Below, piece by piece: positions 8,725-17,158 of a stretch of DNA of 64,000 nucleotides. Every line of letters begins with the position of its first letter. The first letter of the stretch is position 1. The notes beneath the pieces are model-generated. The model searched no databases. It saw nothing but the letters and a program-made list of their open reading frames with translations, and was not told the origin of the DNA. The DNA is from Candidatus Collierbacteria bacterium RIFOXYD2_FULL_45_13 (GTDB lineage: Bacteria; Patescibacteriota; Microgenomatia; UBA1400; MFAQ01), in assembly GCA_001774685.1 (NCBI GenBank), contig MFAS01000001.1:961252-1025251 (forward strand). Direction: 5' to 3'. A program made the position numbers and the translations under genes.

Positions 8725-10662
8725 ATGCGCGGTAGTTTAGAAAAGATTTCCACTCAGGTTCTCCAATTTATTCCTTTGGTTTTGGCTTTCCTCACACCAC
8801 TTTTTTTCTTACCCATCACAGTAGACGCTTTCAACTTCAACAAACTATATCTCGTCAGTTTTCTGGCCAGTCTTTCCATGATTGCCTGGTGTCTACGCAG
8901 TTTGGTCAGAGGCAAACTCACTGTCAATTTATCCCCCTCGCTCCTACCTCTATTATTTCTAGCACTGGCTTTCGTCATCTCATCCGTCTGGCTTAGCCCT
9001 ACCAAACACGCCTCCCTTTTTGGTCAAACTACCCTAACTGTTTCCCTATTCATTATTTTTGTGTCGGTAACTTCCTTGCAAAAATCAGTCGCGGTGATTA
9101 ACTCGGTTATCTTTGGCCTTGTTACCTCCGCCGCCACTCTCAGCCTCATCACTATCCTTCACCGTTTTGACCTACTTACCCGGATATTTTCCTCAGATTT
9201 GCTTACCAATAAGTCTTTCAACTTAACCGGTGGCATTCTCCCCGCACTGGCTTTCACTCTTCCGGTTCTCGTTTCCTCCGTGGCCTACCTAATCATTCAC
9301 AGAAACCGTTTGACCAAATCCCTGCTCTTCGCCGCCTCCATAATTATGATAGTCGCCAGCCTCATCAACCTCACTCTCATTTTTCCCCAAAACGGCCAAT
9401 CCACTCTTTTCTTACTTCCCTTTCGGGCAGGATGGTCTATCGCTATCGACACTTTGAAAAGCTGGCAAACTGCACTACTAGGTACCGGTCCGGATACTTT
9501 TCTTACCACCTTCACCCGTCTCAGACCAAGCTACCTAAACACTGACAACCTCACCTGGATTATCCGTTTTCCTGAGTCCAGTAATTACATCTTTACTCTT
9601 ATCACCACCACCGGAATCATCGGCACTCTCTCTTTTCTTTCCGCCTTCATTAGACCAGTCTGCATTTCCATCAAACACTGCAAAGCAAATACAGATAACC
9701 CTGCTTATGTCTTCTTGTCACTGGCTCTCATCTCTGTGCTCATCTCCTTTTTCGCTATACCCGCCGGAACTGTAACTCTCATTCTCGGTATTGTCTTATT
9801 GATAGCACTTACTGCAGAGTTTGATTTACTGGAGTTAAAAAATATCCAAAACACCGACCTCAAACTTTCCCGCAAAACCGATCCGTCTAAATTCACACTT
9901 ATGTTGCCCAGTGTAATCTTGACTTTCGCCTCAACCTTTCTCCTGTCTGTGTATTGGTACTATGCCCTGCCTACCTACTCTGCGTCTATGTCCGCCAGGC
10001 AAGCAGAAGCACTCATCACCACTAATCCTGTCGGCGCCTATCTTAAAGAGATCAACGCCGCCAAACTGGACCCCTACAATGTCAACTATGCCTTGTCTCT
10101 TTCACAATTCTTCAAGTCGCTCTCCCTGGTTCTTCTCAACAAAAAGGATGCTACTGCGGACGACAAGAAAAACGCCACCGACTACATGCAAAAGACCATC
10201 GACTACGGCAAACAGGCAGCACTTCTCGATCCTTACAATGTTATCGTCTGGGAAAATCTGGCCGATATCTACCAATCTTTCATCGGTTTCGCCGAAGGTG
10301 CCCATAACTTTGCCATTTCCCATCTGGCCCAAGCCATCGCGCTGGACCAATCAAATCCCCATCTCCGACTAAAGCTTGGTATTTTGTTCTTCAACCTCGG
10401 AGACTCCGACCAAGCCATCAAACTGCTAAACCAAGCCATCGAACTAAAACAAAACTGGGCAATTCCTTACTACAATATTTCGGCAATCTACAAACTCAAC
10501 AAAGATTATTCACGCGCTCTGCAATATATCCAAGCAAGTCAGCAGTATACCAGCCCAGCATCAACCGACTTTGCCAAAGTTCAGGACGAAATCAAATCAA
10601 TAGAGAAACTGCTGACCACTCCTACTACACCGACTCCGACACCCACCCCATCGAAGAAATAA
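8725..10662 (+). CDS. O-antigen ligase (Wzy_C)-like polytopic membrane protein with C-terminal TPR repeats
   Basis: At least ten hydrophobic helices with a large loop. C-terminal AISHLAQAIALDQSNPHLRLKLGILFFNLGDSDQAIKLLNQAIELKQNWAIPYYNISAIYKLNKDYSRALQYI are TPR-like. The tail is TTPTTPTPTPTPSKK. Confidence 0.6.
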   Translation: MRGSLEKISTQVLQFIPLVLAFLTPLFFLPITVDAFNFNKLYLVSFLASLSMIAWCLRSLVRGKLTVNLSPSLLPLLFLALAFVISSVWLSPTKHASLFGQTTLTVSLFIIFVSVTSLQKSVAVINSVIFGLVTSAATLSLITILHRFDLLTRIFSSDLLTNKSFNLTGGILPALAFTLPVLVSSVAYLIIHRNRLTKSLLFAASIIMIVASLINLTLIFPQNGQSTLFLLPFRAGWSIAIDTLKSWQTALLGTGPDTFLTTFTRLRPSYLNTDNLTWIIRFPESSNYIFTLITTTGIIGTLSFLSAFIRPVCISIKHCKANTDNPAYVFLSLALISVLISFFAIPAGTVTLILGIVLLIALTAEFDLLELKNIQNTDLKLSRKTDPSKFTLMLPSVILTFASTFLLSVYWYYALPTYSASMSARQAEALITTNPVGAYLKEINAAKLDPYNVNYALSLSQFFKSLSLVLLNKKDATADDKKNATDYMQKTIDYGKQAALLDPYNVIVWENLADIYQSFIGFAEGAHNFAISHLAQAIALDQSNPHLRLKLGILFFNLGDSDQAIKLLNQAIELKQNWAIPYYNISAIYKLNKDYSRALQYIQASQQYTSPASTDFAKVQDEIKSIEKLLTTPTTPTPTPTPSKK

Positions 10663-10723
10663 ACTTATTCATAAGCGTGTAGAATACAGGAGTAATTTAA
10701 TAATCTCCGAAAGGTGGTCCAGC

Positions 10724-11065
10724 ATGCTCATAAAAAAGGCATCTCATACACTTCGCGGTAAATATCTGGTTCCCGCCCAGAGACTGGCCGTCTATGAATT
10801 TCCGGAAGAACTAGCCTTCTGGGCACTGCATATGGCCGGAGCCAAGTCCCACGCTGACACTCACGATCCCCACAAACAAACTGACATCAATATTCTGGAT
10901 CAGTATGGAAAACACTTCGGACGCATCTCGTTTGAGCCAGCCCAATCACAAAGCAGTGTCTGGGTCGTCATCCACGATGTCACCAAGACCGGTATATTTA
11001 AAACCGCCATCGAAACCTATCTAACAGAAGTCCTAGGAGTAACTCTTCCTCAAGAAACGCAGTAA
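10724..11065 (+). CDS. hypothetical protein (113 aa)
   Basis: ORF with an AAGGTGG Shine-Dalgarno. Faint HicB/UPF0150-like feel only. Confidence 0.45.
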   Translation: MLIKKASHTLRGKYLVPAQRLAVYEFPEELAFWALHMAGAKSHADTHDPHKQTDINILDQYGKHFGRISFEPAQSQSSVWVVIHDVTKTGIFKTAIETYLTEVLGVTLPQETQ

Positions 11066-11070
11066 TCCGC

Positions 11071-11100
11071 AAACCCCGACCATAAGTCGGGGTTTTATTT
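11071..11100. terminator. bidirectional terminator aaccccgac-cataa-gtcggggtt
   Basis: Follows the stop of 10724..11065 and abuts the 3' end of the minus-strand tRNA. Confidence 0.6.
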
Positions 11101-11102
11101 TG

Positions 11103-11173
11103 TGGACCCGAAGGGAATTGGACCCTTTTCTTGCCCATGCCATGGGCACATTCTACCGGTGAACTACGGGCCC
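11103..11173 (-). tRNA. tRNA-Ala (anticodon GGC)
   Basis: Minus strand reads GGGCCCGTAGTTCACCGGTAGAATGTGCCCATGGCATGGGCAAGAAAAGGGTCCAATTCCCTTCGGGTCCA. Acceptor stem gggcccg/cgggtcc carries G3:U70. Anticodon stem tgccc/gggca, loop AUGGCAU. T-arm aaggg/ccctt. A73 discriminator. Confidence 0.7.
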
Positions 11174-11181
11174 GGTATAAC

Positions 11182-11871
11182 TTAACAAAGCCGATTATAA
11201 ACCAAGCTAGCTAAGGATTCCAGCTCTAACTGAACTTTCGTATCAATATAGTCAACCTTTAGAACTCCTTTATACCCCACCTTTTTCGTCGGCTTTCCAA
11301 TCGATCTAGAATCAACCCTTGTATTATAAAACTGTTTCTTTGGAATACCGATTTTTTCTTGCCAATATTTCTCTAATTCCTCAACATTCTGATCAGCTCT
11401 GCACATCACAGTGCATCGAAATTTGCTCTCGTCAATATCAAAACACTTTTCCAACAATCGAATAAATAGTTTCACAATTTTATAGTTTGTGTTTCCTAAA
11501 TTAAATACTGAACCAGTCCCGTATTTCGATGCCTCACCCAAACATAACATCGCCAAGGCTATTTTTGCCGTGAATTTGTCATTAATTTTCTTGCTTATTG
11601 GCAAATTTATCTCCTCAAGTGAATGAAAAAAATCATCTCGTTTTTTCTTATTGACCATTACAGCTTTACGACGAGAAATTGTCAATTTCTGAGCTATTTT
11701 TTCCGATAATTGCTTTTGGACTTCCAAAGAAAGTATGAGACTCCTAAACCAATACGAAAATGTACCCTTGGGAATTGTTGAATTTAGCAATGCATTTATT
11801 TCCTGATATGTCTTTCCCTGCAGACGCCACTTAATGGCTCTCGATCTAATTTCCATTGAGTACCTCTTCAT
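11182..11871 (-). CDS. HTH-domain protein with LAGLIDADG-like segment (possible homing endonuclease or mobile-element gene); AT-rich, about 33% GC
   Basis: N-terminal transposase-OrfA-like HTH (EIRSRAIKWRLQGKTYQEINALL..FSYWFR). Central IALAMLCLGEASKYG resembles LAGLIDADG. An SD-supported start is more likely at the internal Met (about 11856). The stop is 8 nt upstream of tRNA-Ala(GGC). Confidence 0.45.
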   Translation of the reverse strand: MKRYSMEIRSRAIKWRLQGKTYQEINALLNSTIPKGTFSYWFRSLILSLEVQKQLSEKIAQKLTISRRKAVMVNKKKRDDFFHSLEEINLPISKKINDKFTAKIALAMLCLGEASKYGTGSVFNLGNTNYKIVKLFIRLLEKCFDIDESKFRCTVMCRADQNVEELEKYWQEKIGIPKKQFYNTRVDSRSIGKPTKKVGYKGVLKVDYIDTKVQLELESLASLVYNRLC

Positions 11872-12039
11872 AGAATAATCGTACCATAGAACTATTCTAT
11901 GTGGAATACAAGAAAAAACGAATTATGTGTATGACCAAAACAACCATCTCCTTGCCCAATCAGATTATTATAGGTATAATCACCGCAACACATTCTGTAC
12001 CTTAAATCGTTTTTCCGCCTAAGGCGGAGGAGGTAAATT

Positions 12040-12852
12040 ATGCGCAAGATCACTTTTTGGCTGACCGCTTTCATGATTCTGATGGCCTCTTGTACACCAA
12101 GTCCAGCCGTAAAACTAGCCCTCACCTCGGTTATCGCTACGCCAACTTCTGAACCTACTACAATTCCAACCCTAGCGGCGATCAAGCTTCAAACAGTCAC
12201 CTCATATGTCTGCCTGCACACCGGGACCAGCTTCTCCACCGGCGAGCCCGCCGACTTCAGGTGTAATCTGGACACACAGGAGTTTACCTTCACCTTCGCC
12301 TTCGGCGAAACCGTCACGGCAGGGCTCTTTGGCTCACCAGAACCGGTCGTGGCGGGACAACCGGTTTCCATTACCACCTACGCCAACATCGGTGACTTGG
12401 ATGGAACCTGTGTCCTAACAGATTCTCAAACCGGCGCACCCCTTCAGGCCACGCTCACTCTTAGAGAAGATCTTGTTGTCAGATCGGATTGTGTCGTCGG
12501 CGATCATCGGCTTACAATGGCCTACAACGTTAGAGTAATTCCTCCCGCTTGTGTCCCCGCAGTTATTTGGGAAAGCCAGACTCCGGAGAACTTTTCCCTC
12601 GTACCCGGTGGTACATACATTGTGGAAGTTGCCTTCCCCAATGTCACCGGCGACGATGCCTGGTGGGCTCACGAGACCAGCTGGGTGGAAATTGCCACTA
12701 CTGGACCTCTCACTTTTCTGGGAGCTGTAGGCAAAGCCTACGAGTTCAAAGGCAGTTGCACTGACTGGGACCGCATGGAATGGGCAACCCACAACCTAGT
12801 TACTCCTCCAGGAATGCTGGAAAACTTCCTGCATGCCGGCGTCGTAAAGTAA
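12040..12852 (+). CDS. secreted lipoprotein (270 aa), hypothetical
   Basis: MRKITFWLTAFMILMASC (lipobox), Thr/Pro-rich linker, SD GGAGGAGG. Confidence 0.6.
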   Translation: MRKITFWLTAFMILMASCTPSPAVKLALTSVIATPTSEPTTIPTLAAIKLQTVTSYVCLHTGTSFSTGEPADFRCNLDTQEFTFTFAFGETVTAGLFGSPEPVVAGQPVSITTYANIGDLDGTCVLTDSQTGAPLQATLTLREDLVVRSDCVVGDHRLTMAYNVRVIPPACVPAVIWESQTPENFSLVPGGTYIVEVAFPNVTGDDAWWAHETSWVEIATTGPLTFLGAVGKAYEFKGSCTDWDRMEWATHNLVTPPGMLENFLHAGVVK

Positions 12853-12865
12853 ACATTGTTCGTCA

Positions 12866-12889
12866 ACCCCGCCTAGTGCGGGGTTTTTG
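12866..12889 (+). terminator. Rho-independent terminator accccgc-ctagt-gcggggt plus TTTTT
   Basis: Perfect hairpin after the stop codon. Confidence 0.6.
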
Positions 12890-12918
12890 TTGACAATCAC
12901 TCACGGTTATGCTACTAT
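12890..12918 (+). promoter_or_regulatory. putative promoter TTGACA-17-TACTAT
   Basis: The -35 hexamer is fused to the terminator T-run, upstream of the TTG-start lipoprotein gene. Confidence 0.4.
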
Positions 12919-12959
12919 AGGCCCCAGTATTTCAATCCTCTTCTCATAAGGAGTTCACT

Positions 12960-13499
12960 TTGAAAAAACATCTTCTGTTCGCAACTTTGGTCCTGGTCAT
13001 GATTCTTTCTGCTTGCGGCGCCCCTGCCCCAGTTCACCCCACTCGCGCTCAGGAACTGGACGACACAGGCCTCATCGGCCGTCATCCCATCCAGGGGGTC
13101 AACGTCGAAAACGGTTATCAGGGGAACTTTGATGGCGGTTTCTTCTTGTTCGGCGGTGGTGCATCGGGACAAATCAATCCGGCCACCAATTACATCATCA
13201 AGTGGTACCCGAGAGAAAACGTTTCGTATACAACCACTGTCGCTCGGTCAAAAATCGTGACAAACACGGTGGTCTACACGGCCGAGCACCCGGGACCGGA
13301 GATCGAGTTTGTCTTCGCCCAAGAATGGTTGGATCAGATTTCCACTTCTGATCCATATGCACCGATATATTCGGCGGAAGACAAGCTCGACCTAAACAAA
13401 ATCATTGATGAAACGTACAAGTGGGGTACATCCGCTCTGATCATCGTCAACATCTACATCTCTGCCGAAGATCAGGCCGGAATCAACCACAGAGATTAG
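12960..13499 (+). CDS. secreted lipoprotein (179 aa), TTG start
   Basis: MKKHLLFATLVLVMILSAC lipobox; AAGGAG Shine-Dalgarno before TTG. Confidence 0.55.
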   Translation: MKKHLLFATLVLVMILSACGAPAPVHPTRAQELDDTGLIGRHPIQGVNVENGYQGNFDGGFFLFGGGASGQINPATNYIIKWYPRENVSYTTTVARSKIVTNTVVYTAEHPGPEIEFVFAQEWLDQISTSDPYAPIYSAEDKLDLNKIIDETYKWGTSALIIVNIYISAEDQAGINHRD

Positions 13500-13503
13500 T
13501 CCC

Positions 13504-13534
13504 AAAACCCGCCATTCCGAATGGCGGGTTTTTC
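13504..13534 (+). terminator. Rho-independent terminator aaaacccgccattccgaatggcgggttttt
   Basis: Perfect stem with symmetric A and T runs. Confidence 0.6.
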
Positions 13535-13562
13535 ATGGCTATTTTTGCTAAAATCTAGTCAC

Positions 13563-13633
13563 GGGCCTGTAGTTAAACGGTAGAACATGGCATTCGCATT
13601 GCTAAGATGGGGGTTCAATTCCCCCCAGGTCCA
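13563..13633 (+). tRNA. tRNA-Ala (anticodon CGC)
   Basis: GGGCCTGTAGTTAAACGGTAGAACATGGCATTCGCATTGCTAAGATGGGGGTTCAATTCCCCCCAGGTCCA. G3:U70 in the acceptor stem. Anticodon loop UUCGCAU. T-loop TTCAATT. A73 discriminator; no encoded CCA. Confidence 0.75.
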
Positions 13634-13645
13634 CAAAACTCATAC

Positions 13646-13674
13646 TTGACATATGGGTTGTTAGTGTATACAAT
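13646..13674 (+). promoter_or_regulatory. consensus sigma70 promoter TTGACA-17-TACAAT
   Basis: Perfect -35, 17-nt spacer, near-perfect -10, about 50 nt upstream of 13725. Confidence 0.65.
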
Positions 13675-13724
13675 ACACTTATAAAGCCGGTTCGCCCATT
13701 CACAAAACACAAAAGGAGATCAGT

Positions 13725-14201
13725 ATGTCCAAGAATTCGCTCAATGTTCGTGATATCATCTCATCGCCCGAGTTTGCCTTTGGTCGCCACGATTACGACC
13801 GAGAAGACTGTGATCCCGCCATCATGGTTGGTGGCACCGACAAGGATCACATTGTTTCCGAATCGTACGACGATGAAGAGCGCGTGGCCTATGCCGCCAA
13901 AACAGGCAAGATCTTACCCAGGTGGCACGACGTCAACTACGGGGCCTACGATGAAACTCGTGGCACTGCCAGGTTCGTTATCGAAAGAGCCGAAATGGAA
14001 GGTGGTAGCACCGGCGGCGGCATGAGTGGTCACGATGACTACCCCGATGCCCTTCACGTCACTGCCAGGCGGCTATTTCAAAACGGAGATTACAATCCCG
14101 AAGGGGAACTCATCAAATTTACATATGACACAAATTGCTACATTAACTCTATCGACCATGTCACCGTTCATGGTCAAATGAAGCTCATTTTCACAAAATA
14201 G
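13725..14201 (+). CDS. hypothetical soluble protein (158 aa)
   Basis: AAAAGGAGA Shine-Dalgarno, consensus promoter and its own terminator. No recognisable motif. Confidence 0.6.
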   Translation: MSKNSLNVRDIISSPEFAFGRHDYDREDCDPAIMVGGTDKDHIVSESYDDEERVAYAAKTGKILPRWHDVNYGAYDETRGTARFVIERAEMEGGSTGGGMSGHDDYPDALHVTARRLFQNGDYNPEGELIKFTYDTNCYINSIDHVTVHGQMKLIFTK

Positions 14202-14206
14202 TTCCT

Positions 14207-14230
14207 CTCCCCGCCATCAGGCGGGGTTTT
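14207..14230 (+). terminator. Rho-independent terminator (ccccgcc ... gcgggg plus TTTTT)
   Basis: GC hairpin plus T-run after the stop at 14201. Confidence 0.55.
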
Positions 14231-14249
14231 TGTAGATATAATAGGTGCT

Positions 14250-14417
14250 ATGCCGGACAAAATTCTCACCTGCCAAAACTGCCACAATCCTTTTGTCTAT
14301 TCCGAATACGAACAAAAATTGGACTCTAAGAACAGTCGACCGACACCAATTTACGACACCATTTGTGCCAGTATCAAGGCCAGCGGGCAAAAACACCCTC
14401 CCAAACCAAAAAAGTAA
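14250..14417 (+). CDS. possible small zinc-ribbon protein (about 55 aa)
   Basis: MPDKILTCQNCHNPFVYSEYEQ...C..: CxxC plus downstream Cys. Below the track cutoff. A local C-run makes the reading frame uncertain by eye. Confidence 0.25.
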   Translation: MPDKILTCQNCHNPFVYSEYEQKLDSKNSRPTPIYDTICASIKASGQKHPPKPKK

Positions 14418-14418
14418 T

Positions 14419-15207
14419 TTAATCGTGGTCGTCATCGACGATCTCCCCATCCACTATCCCCACTCGTCTCGTAGCTAGAGGCAAAAAGTTCATGTCATGT
14501 GTCACCATAATGACTGTCCTTCCATGTTCTCTGTTCAACCTGGCTAGTATTGTAACAATCTCAGTGCTCGATGCCGTATCTAAGTTGCCTGTGGGTTCAT
14601 CCGCCATGATTATCCAAGGATCTGTGGACAAAGCTCTGGCCAAAGCTACTCTTTGCTGTTGACCACCGGAAAGCTCCGCCGGCTTTTTGGTTGCCACAGA
14701 GTCCATAGCCACTTCACGCAAGACTTCCATAGACCGCAACTTGGCCGACTCCTCGTCGTAACCGGAAAGTAACAACGGATAAGCTACATTCTCCCAAACA
14801 TTCAGAGACTTAATCCAGTTAGACTGCTGAAAAACCATGCCAATCTTTTCTCTACGGAAGTTCGTTCTTTTGTCATCGTCTAGTTTGTAGAGATCCTGGT
14901 CTCTCAAAAAGATTTTTCCCTTGGAGGGTTTCTCCAGACCCAAAATTGAGTGAAGAAGTGTTGATTTGCCACACCCGGATGGGCCATAAATCACCACAAA
15001 CTCTCCTGCATATAAAGAAATGCTCACATTCTTCAGAATCTTCTGATGTTTACCACCTACCAAAAAAGTTATTTGTACCTTCTCTGCTTTGACTACCACA
15101 TGATGCGACCTCGGCCGTTTGGGAGCCAAGCTCTTTTCCACCGCCTCAATGTCAATAATCCTCTTGATCGATTCGCTGTCTGTTTTTTTATTCATAGCGT
15201 AAAGCAT
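14419..15207 (-). CDS. ABC transporter ATP-binding protein (MacB/LolD/FtsE-like)
   Basis: Walker A GPSGCGKSTLL, ABC signature LSGGQQQRVALARAL, Walker B IIMADEPTGNLD. Overlaps the permease gene. Confidence 0.9.
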   Translation of the reverse strand: MLYAMNKKTDSESIKRIIDIEAVEKSLAPKRPRSHHVVVKAEKVQITFLVGGKHQKILKNVSISLYAGEFVVIYGPSGCGKSTLLHSILGLEKPSKGKIFLRDQDLYKLDDDKRTNFRREKIGMVFQQSNWIKSLNVWENVAYPLLLSGYDEESAKLRSMEVLREVAMDSVATKKPAELSGGQQQRVALARALSTDPWIIMADEPTGNLDTASSTEIVTILARLNREHGRTVIMVTHDMNFLPLATRRVGIVDGEIVDDDHD

Positions 15208-17158
15208 TTAGGGCACTAATCTTCTTGGCTCTCATCGCCGGGTACAAGCCAGTAGCAAAACCCACTCCAATAGCCAAAAGTAACACACCTAGAGCAAACA
15301 AAGTAGGCGTCTTAAATAAGTTGATGGTTTTGTCCTCGCGCCAGAGCATGCTCAACAGGTTCACCGTTTTCCCCACCAAATTACCAACCACCACCCCACT
15401 GGTACCCCCAATAATTCCTATTAGTACTGACTCTGCCATAAACAAACGGAAGATATCTCTGTCCACAGTTCCCAGCGTCTTCATCACCCCTACCTCTCGG
15501 GATCTTTCGAGCAGGGAAATTGTCAAAGTATTAAACATGCCAAACAAAGCAACCACGAGAGCCGTAAAACCAAACGCACCTAGTAGAAATCTCATGACCC
15601 GAAACAAACGATCCACTTGGGCCAAAGTGTCCATGATGCTTTGGGTACTAAATCCCATGGCTTGAATCTTCTCACGCACCCCGGGTAAGGAGGTCGAATC
15701 TTTGGCCAAAACTTTCAGCTGGCTGTACTTATCTACGCCGACACTCTGGAGATCTTGCACCGGCACATACACCATCGGCTTTTTGTCATCCTTGACCACA
15801 CCGGTGACTTTGTACTGCACCACATTGGTCAGTACTCTGCCTGAAGAACCGGGGATCTGTCCTCCGCTCAGGATATACTGCAAGGTTACTGTCTTACCAA
15901 TCACCTCTTCCGGCTTTAACTTAAAAGTATTTAACAAAGCTGAAGTGACAACCACCTCTTTTCCTTCTACTCTTTTTATTTCCACAAGCGATAACTCAGC
16001 AGATGCGGTGGCATGGTCAGTCGTCTCTTGAACCGCCACCTTAACTAGCTCCGCCGATACCGTGGAGTTCATGCCGGCCACCGAAATCTGGGTTACCCCA
16101 GCCTCAGTCGCCTCTCCTAACACTTGACCGCCTATTTTCTCCATCCCTTCTTGGACATACTCCTGAGTCTTGTTCAAGATCTTTACCGAGTTCAGTGTCA
16201 AAAATCCTTGACGGGTCACCTGCTGACCGGCCTCGTCAATCATTGGTTCATAAATTGTCGACACCAGCTCCTTATATAGTGGTATTTTGGCTCTCATCCA
16301 TTTTCCAAACCATTCTCCCTCCTGTGACAGATATGTTTTGCCGCTGGAGTCCACGCTATTGTAATCTCCTCCCCATACCAGTTTTCCTTTATAGCTTTTC
16401 AGTACCGAACCTCGTATATATCCCAGCAGTCTACTGGTTCGTTCCGGACGTTCTCTCACCGGTAGATATTCATCATCATCAATCAGGAAACTCTGTTCAT
16501 CTTCCTCGATTAGGTCACCCTTCACCGGATCCTCACTGTTCTGTGTATCTGTACTATATCCTGCCACCTCTCCTACTAGCGAGCTCAGTTCTCCGGTAGC
16601 TCCTGTATATTTAGTAAAAGCTTCTGGGGACATCCAAGCACCACTCACCAAACTTGGTGAAGCATAATTGAAATAGTTCTGGCCCACCGACAAGACCACT
16701 ACGTCCAGTCTCGAATCAGATAGCGTTAATGACCCCGCCAAAGAGATCATCTGGGCCACATCATCCACTCCATCTATTTTCTTGATATCGTCAATTGTTT
16801 TGTCCGTCAGAGCTAAGCTTGTCGTCGACGAAACAACGTCGGTTAACCTCATCGAGTTTGGCGATACCAGTCTTTTGGTCACGATATCTTGCAGTCCATA
16901 GGCAAACGAAACCAAAAATACCACTGCCGCCGTCCCCATAGCGATAGCTGTTACCGTCATAGCTGTTCTGGATGGTTGGTTCCGCAGGTTTCTTAAAGCC
17001 AGGTTATAGACGGCCTTGTTTGACAAACTCCCCTGTCTCGGCGTCTTCCACCATTTTTTGGCAGACAAAACCATTTGTCTCGGTGACATCAGCCTGACCT
17101 TTCTCAGGCTCATTACCACACTCAAAATAGTTTTCAAAAATTTCGACACTTTGTTCAT
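15188..17158 (-). CDS. ABC transporter permease, FtsX/MacB-like with large extracytoplasmic domain
   Basis: N-terminal TM, long ectodomain, C-terminal FtsX-type helices ending ...YPAMRAKKISALNALRYE. Confidence 0.8.
   Translation of the reverse strand: MNKVSKFLKTILSVVMSLRKVRLMSPRQMVLSAKKWWKTPRQGSLSNKAVYNLALRNLRNQPSRTAMTVTAIAMGTAAVVFLVSFAYGLQDIVTKRLVSPNSMRLTDVVSSTTSLALTDKTIDDIKKIDGVDDVAQMISLAGSLTLSDSRLDVVVLSVGQNYFNYASPSLVSGAWMSPEAFTKYTGATGELSSLVGEVAGYSTDTQNSEDPVKGDLIEEDEQSFLIDDDEYLPVRERPERTSRLLGYIRGSVLKSYKGKLVWGGDYNSVDSSGKTYLSQEGEWFGKWMRAKIPLYKELVSTIYEPMIDEAGQQVTRQGFLTLNSVKILNKTQEYVQEGMEKIGGQVLGEATEAGVTQISVAGMNSTVSAELVKVAVQETTDHATASAELSLVEIKRVEGKEVVVTSALLNTFKLKPEEVIGKTVTLQYILSGGQIPGSSGRVLTNVVQYKVTGVVKDDKKPMVYVPVQDLQSVGVDKYSQLKVLAKDSTSLPGVREKIQAMGFSTQSIMDTLAQVDRLFRVMRFLLGAFGFTALVVALFGMFNTLTISLLERSREVGVMKTLGTVDRDIFRLFMAESVLIGIIGGTSGVVVGNLVGKTVNLLSMLWREDKTINLFKTPTLFALGVLLLAIGVGFATGLYPAMRAKKISALNALRYE

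Noticed and set aside
11066-12039. Group I intron with LAGLIDADG homing endonuclease interrupting a tRNA
   Set aside because: tRNA-Ala(GGC) at 11103..11173 folds as an intact, uninterrupted tRNA. The endonuclease-like gene lies beside it, not inside it.
11892-12185. 97-aa minus-strand ORF
   Set aside because: Overlaps the Shine-Dalgarno and start of the lipoprotein gene at 12040 and has no ribosome-binding site.
14217-14478. Two 77-aa track ORFs (14217..14450 minus, 14245..14478 plus)
   Set aside because: Low-complexity translations in a terminator and intergenic region. A short CxxC ORF in another frame is a better (still weak) candidate. A local C-run makes frames hard to call by eye.
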